DNA of 61,675 nt, counting the filler, from Nemertoderma westbladi (taxonomy: Eukaryota > Animalia > Xenacoelomorpha), in the NCBI GenBank assembly GCA_032718475.1. It is 3 parts of 3 records of this genome, joined end to end, with 100 filler letters (N's around TTAATTAATTAA, not from the genome) between each part and the next. Parts side by side here need not be neighbours in the genome. Positions count along the whole stretch, not along the records: positions 1 to 29,491 come from JAUCBJ010003435.1; positions 29,592 to 54,136 come from JAUCBJ010001816.1; 1 more part is not named here. One strand, written 5' to 3'. Position numbers and translations under genes: made by a program. How positions within the stretch are numbered: the stretch's first letter is position 1; every line of letters starts with the position of its first letter. The notes beneath the pieces are model-generated. The model was not told the origin of the DNA, ran no database searches, and worked only from the letters and a program-made list of their open reading frames with translations. Of this stretch, positions 26,532-38,768 are shown piece by piece.

Positions 26532-27261
26532 CGAGACAAGATAATGTTCTCGTTGTCCCACCAGGCGGCGCTGTTTAATATAAAAGGGCTACACGATACT
26601 TTATCTTTCGATAGAGGCGTTCGATTCTTAGTGTCTTCCGACTCCGCGCACTTTTCCATCTGTTCGTCTAGACTCCAGACCTTATCCAATCGGAGTCCAG
26701 GCAACGACCAGAGACACAACCGCCCTGAGTAATGTACGGTTGCTAGGCACCCACCGTCGTGAGAAACGCTCATTATAAACACAGCGTCATCGCGCGATGC
26801 GTTGCCACGCAACCAGAAACCCCGCCAGTTTTGAAAAATTCGATTAATAAAATTAGCGCCATCTAGCGGGAGATCGTCGCGAATCAACTTAAAGTATGGA
26901 TAACCGGAGAGTCGACGGTAGCCATGGATACCGGCAGTGACGCAATCAGGTCGGGATACGCCCTCCAACGGCGGAGAAGGGCTTTGACTGGCTACCAGCA
27001 GTAGTTGGTGGGTTGGGATGTAGACGACCGAGGTAACGAAGGGACTGCGCAATCTGTAGGTGTAGTTGCTATGGTAACCGGTACTGTCGCCTAGTAGGTA
27101 ACTAGTTACCACCCCCGAGTAAGTAACAGCCAGTAGTTCCACGTTCCATTCGGTTGTTTGTTTATACTCGGTAAATACCATAGCAACCAGGGATGTCGTA
27201 TCTTTTGGTACAGTGCAATGGTTAGAGCCATCCAGTGGTGGGATTGAAAACAGCCGTTTAC
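26532..27261 (-). CDS. NBAS: NBAS exon (N-terminal beta-propeller)
   Basis: FTEYKQTTEWNVELL, RRLSGYPYFK and AVFIMSVSHDGGCLATVHYSGRLCLWSLP, then AAWWD, match recalled human NBAS. Acceptor cattag at 27262, donor gttagt at 26531. Confidence 0.92.
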
Positions 27262-28324
27262 CTAATGAAGGCAATAGTAATATGACTGAATGTGGCGGTG
27301 GAAGTATTAAATGGGTTTCGGTCAACTTTGTGCCGCTATGTATTTCACATATCAGTAAGACAAAATTATAATATATTATATTATCGATAAATTATATCGC
27401 GATTATTTACATGGTAAATAATGTAGAACATTATAAAAACCAAAACAACTTAAAGCTACATATTGAACGTTAAATAACAAGGAAGATAGTTTCACTATGC
27501 TCGCGATTCTTTATTTAACCTCGCTACACTCGGTATCGGTAAATAAAATATCTCGAGTGGAAATATGTTCCATGTTAACATGTAATGTAATAAATATTAA
27601 AAAATAATTTCGTTTTAGAGTAACGAAAAACTTGTTCGGGAACTAGTTTTTTAAATAATAGGGAACATTTTCTAGATCATCAATAATAGCAAAAACTGGC
27701 TATGACATTATAATTATAAATATTCTAGAATCAAAATAATGTTTTAAACTTATTTACATAGCAACAATTAGCTAGTAAGCATGATTTTTAATCTATCTTT
27801 ATATCTTTTAATAATTTTTAGTCTAGAATAAATAATCATTCCAGGACGTTTTTTTTTAACAATAATTCCATTCCCAAAAAGTTGAGATCAGGATTATATA
27901 TTTCGCTGGAACCCGAGAGGGCTATTCGACACCTCCCCTTAAGAGTTGACTGAAGAATGAAGGGAAGTGGAGATGAAAAACAAGTAGAAATCAATGTGAA
28001 CTGCCGGAACTATTATATTATATCATTAGAATAGAATCAGTTATTATTAAGTAGCAAACAGAGGGTGAAGGTGCAAGAAAGTGACAAAACAGCGCCTTTT
28101 GTAGGCAGACATTATGCAAATAATCGGGATCGGAAGGTCTGAATGCTGATTGGCCGTAGCTCGTCCCTGATTGGTCGGAGCTACTGGTTGGCCAAATAGT
28201 TGGTTTCGATCCTATTGCACATAACATGGGCTGGCGAGGGCTGAGGTCGACGGTGACATGGTCATCTGATATAGAAACGTATCAGCGTTTGGCAAACCAA
28301 ACGTGACACCAATGGACAAACCTA

Positions 28325-28361
28325 CACGGTTCGATCTGATAGGCTATCAGATCGAACCGTG
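28325..28361. repeat. Perfect 18-bp inverted repeat with 1-nt spacer
   Basis: cacggttcgatctgatag-g-ctatcagatcgaaccgtg. Confidence 0.9.
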
Positions 28362-28486
28362 ATAGCACATAGAAACATATCAGCGTGTGGAGATGTAAAC
28401 GTGATCCCACTGAACAAACCTAAACGAGATTATTCACAGCAATAATGTACCGTGTTCTTTTTATTACAAAATTGTAACATTATTTG

Positions 28487-29030
28487 TAGGGATGTGCCGG
28501 ATTGACTATTTTCAAACCGGCCAGGCCGGATTTGTAAAAAAAAATCCGGCCGGAATTCCGGCCAAGCCGGATTTTTTTTATGTCACCACTTTTTTCCTTG
28601 AATCAGCTATATAGTACCTTTATGCATGAACATAAATGGAGGGAGGGAGGGTACCACGTAATTTGGTCCTTAGGGCGTTAGGTCCTGCTTTGATAGATAA
28701 CGTGCTGGATCATTATCAGCAAGGTCATGCATGATAAGGACTTTGACTTTAATAAGAATTCAGTAAGTAGATTAGTAAGTATATGTCATGTCAATTATCC
28801 CAACTAAACGGAACGAAAAGAGCGTTTTGCGTTGGTTGGCTGCAAATAAGGGATCATTTCCTAATTTACAAATACTTGTACATGTATTCTCATTCTCGCA
28901 CAGCGTCTTCAATTTATTCCGCGGAATATTTGTAGAGGCTGCGAGGCTGGTAATGTAGTTGATGAGAAACGCTCTTGTCTACTTCCGGATCGTGGAGATA
29001 AACTAATATTTTTGTACCATAACCTACGCC
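28487..29030 (+). mobile_element. Decayed hAT element with remnant of transposase C-terminal dimerisation domain
   Basis: Starts TAGGGATGTGCCGG with ccgg subterminal repeats. 28830-29025 translates in pieces to LRWLAANKGSFPNLQIL...EAGNVVDEKRSCLLPDRGDKLIFLYHNL. Confidence 0.7.
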
Positions 29031-29114
29031 AATTTTATATTTGATATAATGGATTGATTTGATAAATTAAGTGCAAATTGAAAAATAGAACGAAGTAATA
29101 ATAGTTGTAGTTTT

Positions 29115-29393
29115 GGCCCATGTGAAGAATACCAGACTTTCTGCCGTTATATTTCACTTTGCAGTTACCCCCATGTGAAGAATACCAGGTTTTCACCAAA
29201 ACCACAGGTTACAGAAGGGCTGAATGTAACCAAAACAATAAACGAATTAGTATATGTACAGGTTATAAGACAGAAATAAGCGCTATAAAACACTTAATAA
29301 AGATAAATTAAAAAAAAATACAAAATCTTCATATATAAAATTCCAATAAAAAGTCGACCGAAAAGTGAAATCCTGGTATTCTTCACATGGGCG
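29115..29393. mobile_element. MITE with 8-bp TSD, Merlin-like
   Basis: TIR GGCCCATGTGAAGAATACCAG / CTGGTATTCTTCACATGGGCG. TSD GTAGTTTT at 29107-29114 and 29394-29401. Extra internal TIR copy at ~29170. GG terminus plus 8-bp TSD fits Merlin. Confidence 0.8.
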
Positions 29394-29491
29394 GTAGTTT
29401 TTTTATACTCTCTGATTTAAATTGGATTTACTAAAGTTTCTAAATTGCCTCTCGAATATCTAAACTGGTCATTCACGGTGGTAAAGCTTAA

Positions 29492-29591
29492 NNNNNNNNN
29501 NNNNNNNNNNNNNNNNNNNNNNNNNNNNNNNNNNNTTAATTAATTAANNNNNNNNNNNNNNNNNNNNNNNNNNNNNNNNNNNNNNNNNNNN
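29492..29591. other. Artificial scaffold linker (N44-TTAATTAATTAA-N44)
   Basis: Exactly 100 bp with a six-frame stop 12-mer. Identical to 54137-54236. Confidence 0.97.
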
Positions 29592-30819
29592 TGTGTCCTT
29601 CATTGTTATCTCCCATAACATTCTCAATGTCTACAGCATGGGATGTAGGTTTTTTGTCCTGAAAGCGAACGCTTTTAGTCTTTTGTTTTTTAATGCACGC
29701 TTTTCCTACATGACCTTTTATGTTGCAAAATGAGCAAACAATGTTAGGATTTAGTCGACAATGGTTTGATTTGTGTCCTTGTTTCCCACACCGATAACAT
29801 GTTATAGAATATTGATTGTAATTTTCTGTAGATTTGTAAGGTTTATATCAAGGAGATCTTACCTTTGTATGGCGATATTTATCTTTCGGAAATCCTGAAC
29901 TTTGTGTAGTGACGCGAAACGTGTCAAATTCTGGTTTCCTACCTGATTGTGCCACTTTATATGCCTCTTCATAATTTTTTGCTGTAACCAAAGCTTCTGA
30001 AAATGAAATGTCTTTCGCGTGTATTAGTTCTGCTGCAACATGTTCGTCTCGTACCCCAGCAATTAGTTGTTCTCGTAAACGGTCATCTAATGCTTCTTGA
30101 AATTCGCAATTTCTTGAAATATTTCTTAGACGTTTGGCGAAATCCGTGATGTTTTCTCCCGATATCTGAGTCGCTTGTATGAATCGTTTTCTTTCGACTT
30201 CTTTTGATTTACCTTTTCTGAAATATTTTGTAAGTGATTTTTCTAAATTTTCGAATAGTTCTTTAGAAATGTCTGCTGGAAACATCAAATCAGATAGTAA
30301 ATCTAAAGTTTGTAAACCACAATTGGCGATGAACATGTTTGTTTCAGCCTGTAATAGTTCGTTCGGTTCCATTAAATTTCCATCGGCTCTTCTCCATGTA
30401 GTTGTACGTAGAATTGTATTGAACATTAATAGATAAGTGTCCCATCTATCTGAATCTGGATTAAATGCCTTGCAAATGTTTGTAAATTTAGTTCCCATTG
30501 CAGGTGCGTTTGCCATTCTCGTAAGTTTGTACCGTAATTTGAGTTTGAGTTACACAATCACAATTAATTATCAAAGTTAATTTGATTTGTAAGATTTCAA
30601 ATTGTAATTTGAAATTAAATTATGTAATTAATATATGTAAAATATGAATGTGAATCTGTACTCGCAGCGCCAATGTTGGAGGGAAAGGTGTAAAGGTTCT
30701 GACAAACTGTTTTATTATCTTCTCTCTAGTGGTATATAAATGAAACTGTAAGTGAGATTAGTAGATATATTTACATGCGCCATCCTGCGGTTGATATTAG
30801 TATTTGTATTAGTCTAACA
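29592..30819 (-). mobile_element. Gypsy/Ty3 LTR retrotransposon 5' half: LTR, PBS and gag
   Basis: LTR TGTT...AACA at 30819-30674. PBS TGGCGCTGCGAG at 30672-30661 (tRNA-Ser-like). Gag 30516-29848 (GENITDFAKRLR, LREQLIAGVRD) continues past one in-frame TGA into two CCHC knuckles (CYRCGKQGHKSNHC, CSFCNIKGHVGKAC). Runs into the gap. Confidence 0.9.
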
Positions 30820-31010
30820 AATTGTCCAGGGGGCAATTGTCCAGGGGGCAATTGTCCTCGGAGGGTAATTATCCGAGGAGCAATAGTCCGGGGGGAATTG
30901 TCCGGGGGGCAATTGTCCATGGGGCAATTGTCCTCGGAGGGTAATTATCCGAGGGGCAATAGTCCGGGGGGAATTGTCCGGGGGGCAATTGTCCGGGGGG
31001 CAATTGTCCT
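30820..31010. repeat. Short ~15-bp GGGGGCAATTGTCC repeat cluster
   Basis: About a dozen imperfect copies. Likely the subterminal array of an element interrupted by the LTR (inference). Confidence 0.75.
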
Positions 31011-31277
31011 GTCACGCAATCTAACTTTGATTGAACCCTAATAGGAAAAACAGAAAACGTGCCTCTATACCAATTTTTCCTCCCCCGCGCTCAATAGATT
31101 CCAATATCACGTTGTCTTTACTTCCACCTCCACCCCCATTCATGGGATACACCCACCCCTCCCCTCAACCAACCCAGGGCTAACACCTCAATTTATTTTA
31201 CCCTCCTCATTCCTCCGTAGACTGGGCCTACTGGTAAAAGTTACCGGTGGGCGATACACGCATTAGATACTTCTAAT

Positions 31278-32190
31278 ATCGGCATCCTGCATTCCAGCTG
31301 CATTCTATATTTACATATATTCAGAATGCTGTGCCGGCTTGTCGAAAAAATTTCGACGCCACAACTTCATATCATTCCACGAGATTAAATACATCATCAA
31401 GTTCAGTACCCATTAAGATGCGCCTCAAGAAAGTCATGGGCTGTCCAGTCCACCAGCCTTATTTACTCCATGAGACTCCATTTGACGCCAAGGCACAGTA
31501 TTTTAAACTGGTTGGTCCTCACGACGAAAGCAATGTCCTGCAAAGTGGAGGCGTTCCGTTCAAGTGTCAAGCTAGGGGAGATTATTGGAACACCTCCAAT
31601 GTTGTATAGAGTCTGATTGGAGATGTGTTCATTGTACTTGACACAATGAATCCGGCGCAGCATTCTTGTGAAAGTGCCATCCAGATATTTGATATCCTCT
31701 GCAGTTAGAGCCCAGCATGGACTCCCGAGTACTGGTACTACTGCTGCCAAAAATAATCTAACCTTAAGGTTCCGTTTTTTCTATGGGACTTCCAAGTTAT
31801 CAAGCTAGGGGAAACTACTGTAATGAAACACCTCCAAGGTTGTATAGAGTCTGATTGGAGATGTGTGATCATTGTTTTTAACACAATGAACCCGGCGCAG
31901 ATATTCTTGTGAAAGTGCCATCCAGAGATTAGGTGTCCTCAGCAGTTAGAGCCCAGCATGCATGAACTCAGAGCACTGGTACTACTGCTGCCAAAAATTA
32001 TTGAACCTTAAGGTTCCCTATTATTCTATGGGACTTCCAAGTCCTCAAGCTAGGGGAGAAGGTAAGTAAAGGAAGGTAGGTAGGTAATGAAACACCTCCA
32101 AGGTTGTATAGAGTCTGATTGGAGGTGTGATCATAGTACTTGACAAAATGAACCCAGCCAGCGTTCTTGTATAATAAGTACCATCCAGCG
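31278..32190 (-). mobile_element. Older RTE 3' fragment with local tandem re-duplications
   Basis: Diverged homolog of the RTE 3' end (WALTAEDIKYLDGTFTRMLRRIHCVKYN). Part of it repeats at ~31800-32040 and ~32085-32190. Confidence 0.8.
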
Positions 32191-33264
32191 TCGCGGGATT
32201 TCGGCTTAGTGATGGAATGAGTTGCTGTTTCCTAGATACCGAGTGGGGGTGGTAATACAGTGAGATTGTATAATTACTGGTGGAAGGAGTCTTAAAAGCT
32301 TTGGATCTTTGCTAAAAACTCAACCTGGTTTGTCTTTATCTTCACATATAATGTTTTAATAACAGTATAAAAGTACGTAATAGACAGATAACCAGTTTCA
32401 TAAAATAACTGATAGCCGCAAAGTCCGGGATCATGTGAAGCGATGGTACCACATAAACTGAATAGCTAATATTCGGTCCTCTACCAACCATAATAACTTC
32501 GAGCTCACTACCTCGTAATGATATCGTAAGATTATCAGCAACTAACGGTTTTAGGGTATAATACAATAACGCAATAATTTTTATTGTCTGTTTAAATCAC
32601 TAATGATGTCCTTTATTTTTACTTTTTATGTCCTCCAGAAATTTACCGTTAGGTTACACAGAAAGCTGATCTAACCTGATTGGCCTATCTGGATATAGGC
32701 CTGTGATTGGTTCTGTACACCACTATTCTCATAAGAAGGGCAGCTTAGGTGTGTAGTTAATTGCTCTAAGTAATTGATTACTCTCTCTCTCTCCCAGCTG
32801 GACAATAACACAATAATTGCTGGTCACATATGGCTGCCCCGATATATCCTATGTACACTGGGAAGCAATATAATATATGCACAATACATTTACTGGGTAA
32901 CAGACGTTTCGGTTGAGACGTTTTGGCCTAGGATGTTTCGGCCCAATGAGTGAAATACAAGATTTGCTTGTCGGACGTTTTGGCCCAAAGATTCACTTTA
33001 CTCCCCTAATGTCTAATCCCCCTTTAAGTCTAATTTAAAGTTTAGTCTACGCAATGTAATATGTAGAAGATTATGCATAATACCCATAATACCATTAATT
33101 ATTTTAAATAGGACTAATGTTTAACCTCCAATCGCTATTATAAATAGATTACTCAGTAGTTATACTGGGTTTATTTTCAGTTTATTTTCTGGTATAAAAG
33201 AATAAGAATTGTAACCATACAAAATTATTGCGTGATATTGTTCTTCATACTGTAAATTTGTGCT

Positions 33265-33337
33265 ATGTCCCCTTCGCGTTCAAGAGGTTCGAACATATGT
33301 GATAAGGAAGATATCACCTGTTCTAGAATTACTACCG
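33265..33337 (+). CDS. Candidate first coding exon of the F-type lectin gene
   Basis: MSPSRSRGSNICDKEDITCSRITT-G|gtatgt gives a phase-1 donor matching the 38193 exon. Acceptor ttttcag at 33180. An upstream in-frame hydrophobic stretch is interrupted by TAA at 33253. Confidence 0.45.
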
Positions 33338-33599
33338 GTATGTGAAATGCCAGTGTTAGTTTACAGTCTTCCAATCGTTAATAATGTCTTATTGTTACAA
33401 AATTAAATCAATAACTTTATCATACTTCGATTGTTATGCTATTCTACTATTTTTTTTTAATATTATGTCCTCCTCGTCATCTCGTCTTACAAAGCAAAAA
33501 TAATCACTTACACTTACAGTTACACTTACAATATGCTACAGTACTAAAGACTAATCATAACGGTGTAATGTGAAATATTAATAGTAGGCCTAAAGATTA

Positions 33600-36500
33600 C
33601 TGCCGATTTGTAGCCCCTTAATTTTGAATTTTTTTAATCTCATTTGGTAACGAATTCCAATCCTTAATTGCAGTGAAATAGAACGTATCGGCTTCATAAG
33701 ATTTACAATTTGGGACGTGAAAGTTGTGTAAGCTACTGCGGGTACTATAGCTAGGAATTTCGCTAATTTTTGAAAATTTATTTTGGAGGTATTTTGGTGG
33801 TTTATTCTGATTAATTTTATGCACGTGATTCAATTTGAGTTGTCGAACTCTATTCTTTACATTTAGAAAGCCAGCATCAGAAAAATCGGAATGATTTAAA
33901 CTAGTCCTTGGGGTATATTTTTTAATGAAACGCACAACTGTATTTTGAGCCACCTGAAGTTTCGCTTTTAGCTTTTTGGTCAGCCATTCATACCATGAGG
34001 AACATGCGTAATCTAGGTGACACTGAATCAATGCTGAACATAGCAATTTTCTAGCATCCGTATTTAAGCACCTGTGATGACGGTATAAAAATTGTAGCCT
34101 ACCATTTACTTTGGACAAAGTATTTTTTACAATAGTTTCACCCGATAGGTCGCCATCTATTTTAACACCCAGATATTTTATTTTGTCAGTAGCCTTCATT
34201 TTTTTATCTTTACAGGAGATTTCAAATTTCTTAACTTTTCTTAATTTTTTCTTGGAACCAAATAAAATACATTCTGTTTTACCCCAATGAATGGACAGTT
34301 TATTGTCAACAAGCCAATCATTACAGGAATCTAGAACTTTACTTAATGTAGTTGAAATTTGGTTTGGATCGCGGTGTGAGAAAATAATTGTGCTGTAATC
34401 ACCGTAAAGTATTAGCTTACATTCTGGACTAATTGATAAAACCATGTCATTGACGTAACAGAGGAATAATAGTGGACCCAAAATACTACCCGCACTTAAC
34501 AGTTAGTAATTCAGACTGAGATTTGTCGACCTTTACTACTTGCCCCCTGTCTCTTAGGTATGACCTGAACCATTCTATAGAACCCGCTCCTACCCCCATT
34601 AGTTCGACCTTATCACACAGAATCCCATGGTCAACTGTGTCAAATGCTTTTTGAAGGTCTAGCATTACCATGTCAGTATATAGACCCCTAGAGTTATTAC
34701 TACGTATTAAATCTGTTATGTTAATTAAACAAGTGTCGGTTGAATACGATTTTCGAAAACCAGATTGATGTTCATACAGTATATGATGAATATACAGATC
34801 ATGTTTTTCTAAATATGTTTCTAGTTGAAAATAAACAGCCCGTTCTAAAATTTTTGAAATTATGCTCAGAATACTAACAGGTCTGTAATTACCAGGATCC
34901 AATTTACTATTATTTTTGTACAGTGGAATTAATCTAGCAACCTTTTAAGTTCATCTGGAACAACATTTTCCGTGATAGACAGATTGATTAAGTATTTGAT
35001 TGGAATTTGGAGAATCTCAGCACCGTCTTTAATAAAACATGCTGGAATCTGGTCTAGACCTGTGCTTTTATCAGCCGAGAGGCTTACTAACTGCTTAAAA
35101 GTACAAAATTTTCTGATACCGTTTTTATGAATAATTTTGGATTATCTGAACATTTGTTGGAATAAAAATTGTTTATGATCTCGGAATCTATGGAGAATTT
35201 CTTTTTTGCAACTGATAACTTTTCTACTAGCTTGTTCGCTACATTTACATAAAATTCATTGAAAATATTTGAGATAGATTTCGAGTCATGTACAAGTTCC
35301 CCGTACACTTCAAGAACAATATTGGCGTGAGATTTTGCGTTTTTGTACCCTAGGGATTTCAGGGTACCCCAGAGATTTTTTGGTTTATGTTTATTTTCTT
35401 CGATTTTATTCAGTACATTATTCTGATTTAGCAGACCTAATATAATAACCCTCTGTACCTTGTTTCTTAGGTTATAGAATTTTCTATAGTCGGACCCGAT
35501 CCTATGTTCCCTGAATTTGTACAAGGCTGTAACCCTCTGTCTAATAAACTCTAGAATTTCTGCTGTCATCCGTGGTTCTGTACGCTGTTTTAAGCAGACT
35601 TCCTTTATCGGAGCTAGTTTGTTTAAAACACCCATAAAGATTTCGCTAAAATTTATAAAAGCTTGGTTAACGTCTGAAGTAGTGAACCATTTGTCCCAGT
35701 TAGCACTTTTAATAAATCAATAAATTTTACCTTACTGTAATTTTTTAATGACCTAATTTTGATAGTTTTGTTAGCCCCATAAAAAGCGCGAGTTACTTTC
35801 CTTGTGCAAAAAACCATAAAATGGTCGCTGATCCCAACTGGAAGGACTCCAGATTGAGTCAAGTTCTCTGGTTATTACATAAAATATGATCAATTAGTGT
35901 TGATGACGTTTTGGTGATACTTAATAATTTTTAATTCCTTAATAATTTGTTTAAAACTGAAAAGATTTAAAATACTATTATAAGATTTAAATAGGCCGTG
36001 TGCCTTCTGAAAACAGCAAATGTTAAAATCCCCTAAGATATAAATTTCACAGTCTGTTTGTAACTTAGTTAAAATATTTTCCTCAAAATTTTGCAAAAAC
36101 TGCAAAAACTTGGTGCCCTATAAACTGAGCCTATAAAAAATTGGTTTTGTTTTTGGAAGGAGAAGTTCTATAAACAGCACTTCTTCTGTAGTTTCCAAGT
36201 CGTACCTTCGTGTAAAAGCCAGGTCAGACCGGACATATATACAAACTCCACCTCCTTCCCTATTCCTATCCTTACGTATAACTACATAATTATCTAGGTG
36301 TATCTCCCCATCACAAATAGTTTCATCAAACCAGGTTTCCGAAATACAAAGAACAGCCGCATTTGTGATTAGAACAAAATGTTTGAGCTGGGATAATTTT
36401 GGAAAAACTGATCGGGCATTAAGACCAAAGAAATGTAAACTTTTTTTGGAAAAGGTTTTGTAAAAAGGTTTTGTAAAAAGGTTTTGTAAAAAGGTTTTGT

Positions 36501-36850
36501 AAAAAGGTTTTGTAAATGTCGAAGTCAACCTCGGTTGGAAGTGGTTGGGTAATTGGTGGTTCGTTATCGGAGTCGGGTGAATCAAAAAAATCAGACCTAC
36601 GGTAACACTTAAGATGAGTCAGTACGAAACAGTTGGTACAGCGGAGGACCTTACTCCTGGAATTCGTACCGCGGTCGCAGATAGCGCAGGGGAACTTGGG
36701 GTGTCGTCGTGGAGGAATCGGAGGAGATCTTGTTGGAGCAGCCGGAGGAGGAGAAGGAGGAGAAATGAAGGTAGTCGTTTGGATGGTCGGAGCAGCTAAA
36801 TGGCTGGTTGGAGCTGTAGAAGCAAGCTGTAGTACTATAAGCAACCTGTT
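33600..36850 (-). mobile_element. Degenerate CR1/L2-group LINE (PHD finger + APE + RT)
   Basis: PHD CAICDRG...CTNCFVLTHLKC. APE LNARS, ISETWF, RKDRNREGGGVCIY, GDFNI, GISDH. RT NYRPVSIL, DLQKAFDTVDH, with YADD decayed to YGDY. Multiple frameshifts. Internal 12-bp repeat at ~36450-36515. Confidence 0.9.
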
Positions 36851-36872
36851 CCAATGAGTAGAAGAGCATTTT

Positions 36873-37155
36873 CACTCCCTCTAGTGATTCTACCAGTACC
36901 CCTAAGTCATCAGCAAAGTCTAGATCAGTTAGGTACTTTGCTGGATTTCCTAGATTTCTTAGAAGTCAACAAAGATAATAGCCAGTTGTCTGTCTTTCTT
37001 TGTTGATAAATCCCCGATTATACTTCTAAGCGCCAGAATAGGCTCCATGGTCCCACGACCTTTACAGAACCCATTCTGAAGTCTCTCAATGGGATCCCTG
37101 ATGAGATTTTAGAATTATATTGTATAGCTTTGCAGCAATCGAGATCAACGAGATA
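36873..37155 (-). mobile_element. Internally deleted RTE RT fragment
   Basis: Matches 39550-39630 joined directly to 39920-40125 of RTE copy B. Confidence 0.75.
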
Positions 37156-37184
37156 ATGAGTTAGATAACGCATTGGGTAAGTAG

Positions 37185-37875
37185 TGGGGATGTGGCGAAT
37201 GTCCGCATCCGCATCCGCATCCGCGGATATCCGCATGATTTTTCGCATCCGCATTCGCATCTGCATCCGCACCCATGGCATGCGGATGTTACATACACTA
37301 TTCAAGCATCCTGTCTGAAGGCCAAGCAACCACTCAATTAAATTTTCAATATTAAGTACTTTTTCCCTTATGAAATTTTTTTATTTTATCTTAAAATTAT
37401 CAAAGTATAATATATCAAAATGTCAAAACTGACATCGGAAATGAGATCGCCGACCTGGTAAACCCCCATAGGCATATTTTGGTGAGGTTAAATGATTTTG
37501 TTTATTTTTTGACCGACAAACAGACAGACAAAAAGACAGTTTCTGTAAGAGGAGCAACCTTAGATGTTCGATTTTATGTGTACCAATGTGTGTACACGTA
37601 CATTGTTGTACACTATATACAGTATACACTAACATTCGACGGAAACATTATAAAAAATGTTTGTTGTATTATTGTTTAGTTATATTATGTCCCATTCTGT
37701 TCTATAATCTTAGACTCTTGTTAGTTTATTAATATAAGATTAAAATATAATATTAAAATGCTGGTATATCCTTGATGTAAAAGGGAGACCAGGCAAAAAT
37801 ATATATGTTTTAATAGAAATCCGCATCCGCATCCGCATCCGTGGATGTAAAAATATGACATTCGCAACATCGCTA
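37185..37875. mobile_element. hAT-type MITE with 8-bp TSD
   Basis: TIR TGGGGATGTGGCGAATGTC / GACATTCGCAACATCGCTA. TSD GTAAGTAG at 37177-37184 and 37876-37883. (ATCCGC)n subterminal repeats. Confidence 0.9.
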
Positions 37876-38192
37876 GTAAGTAGTGGGTTATGCTTGGTTT
37901 TTTGGACCGTGTTGGCCAGGTAGAAACCATAATTAAAATTGTCATGGAATCCTAATTCTAGGTCAACATGTAAACAATTAGCGGAATTTCAGAAATGATG
38001 AACATAGGCCCAAAGGGCCTGTGGCTTGCTTGCTGATCAAAGCGAGAAAAGCCATTAGAACCAATATTATATATGGAAAATGAATATAGTGAGAGAGGTT
38101 GAGTGTATATGTGACGTTTTTTGTACATTACAGGCAATAAACAATCATTTGTAAGACAGATCAACTTTTTTAGATTTTTCATTTATTTCTAG

Positions 38193-38431
38193 GCAACTTA
38201 GCACAAGGACAACCAACATCTAGCAGTTCTATCTATTCATTCCCATCATCGAACATGGTAGACGGTAATGCCAACTCGAACTGGTACGCTTCGAGCTGTT
38301 TCGCTACAAAGGAGTGGCCTTTGCCCCAGGAGTGGTGGTGGGTAGATATAGGTTATGACGACCTCACCATTGGTTTGGTTAAAATCTACAATCGACAGGA
38401 TTGCTGTGGCGGCCGTATCATTGGCTCAAGG
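38193..38431 (+). CDS. F-type lectin (fucolectin/FTP domain), exon with N-terminal half
   Basis: GNLAQGQPTSSSS...MVDGN...SSCFAT...WWWVDIG...VKIYNRQDCCGGRI. Acceptor tttctag, donor gtaaat (phase 0). Confidence 0.88.
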
Positions 38432-38768
38432 GTAAATATTTGAAATGCTTTAATAATTACAGTATATTCGAGTTGCCAGTACTCTTTGGGGACAATTCAT
38501 TCACATTTGTTGTGTAATAAATTGTGGGGCGAGTTAAAACTGCGAGCCATCAACGAACTGTTATAATTATAATAATAATAACAATAATAATATTAATAAA
38601 AATCATATAATATAATAATAATAAGTAATAATAACACAAATGGGGTCTTCATGCAGCAAAAGCTGCAAGCCATCTTAGCGAACAATTATAATGTTACTAT
38701 GGCTAGTTATACTGTATCTTGGCTTCCGACAATTATGGCTTCCAACACACACACACTGATACACCCAC

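Noticed and set aside
29536-29547. TTAATTAATTAA as a biological motif
   Set aside because: It is centred in exactly 44+44 Ns at two places, so it is an assembly linker.
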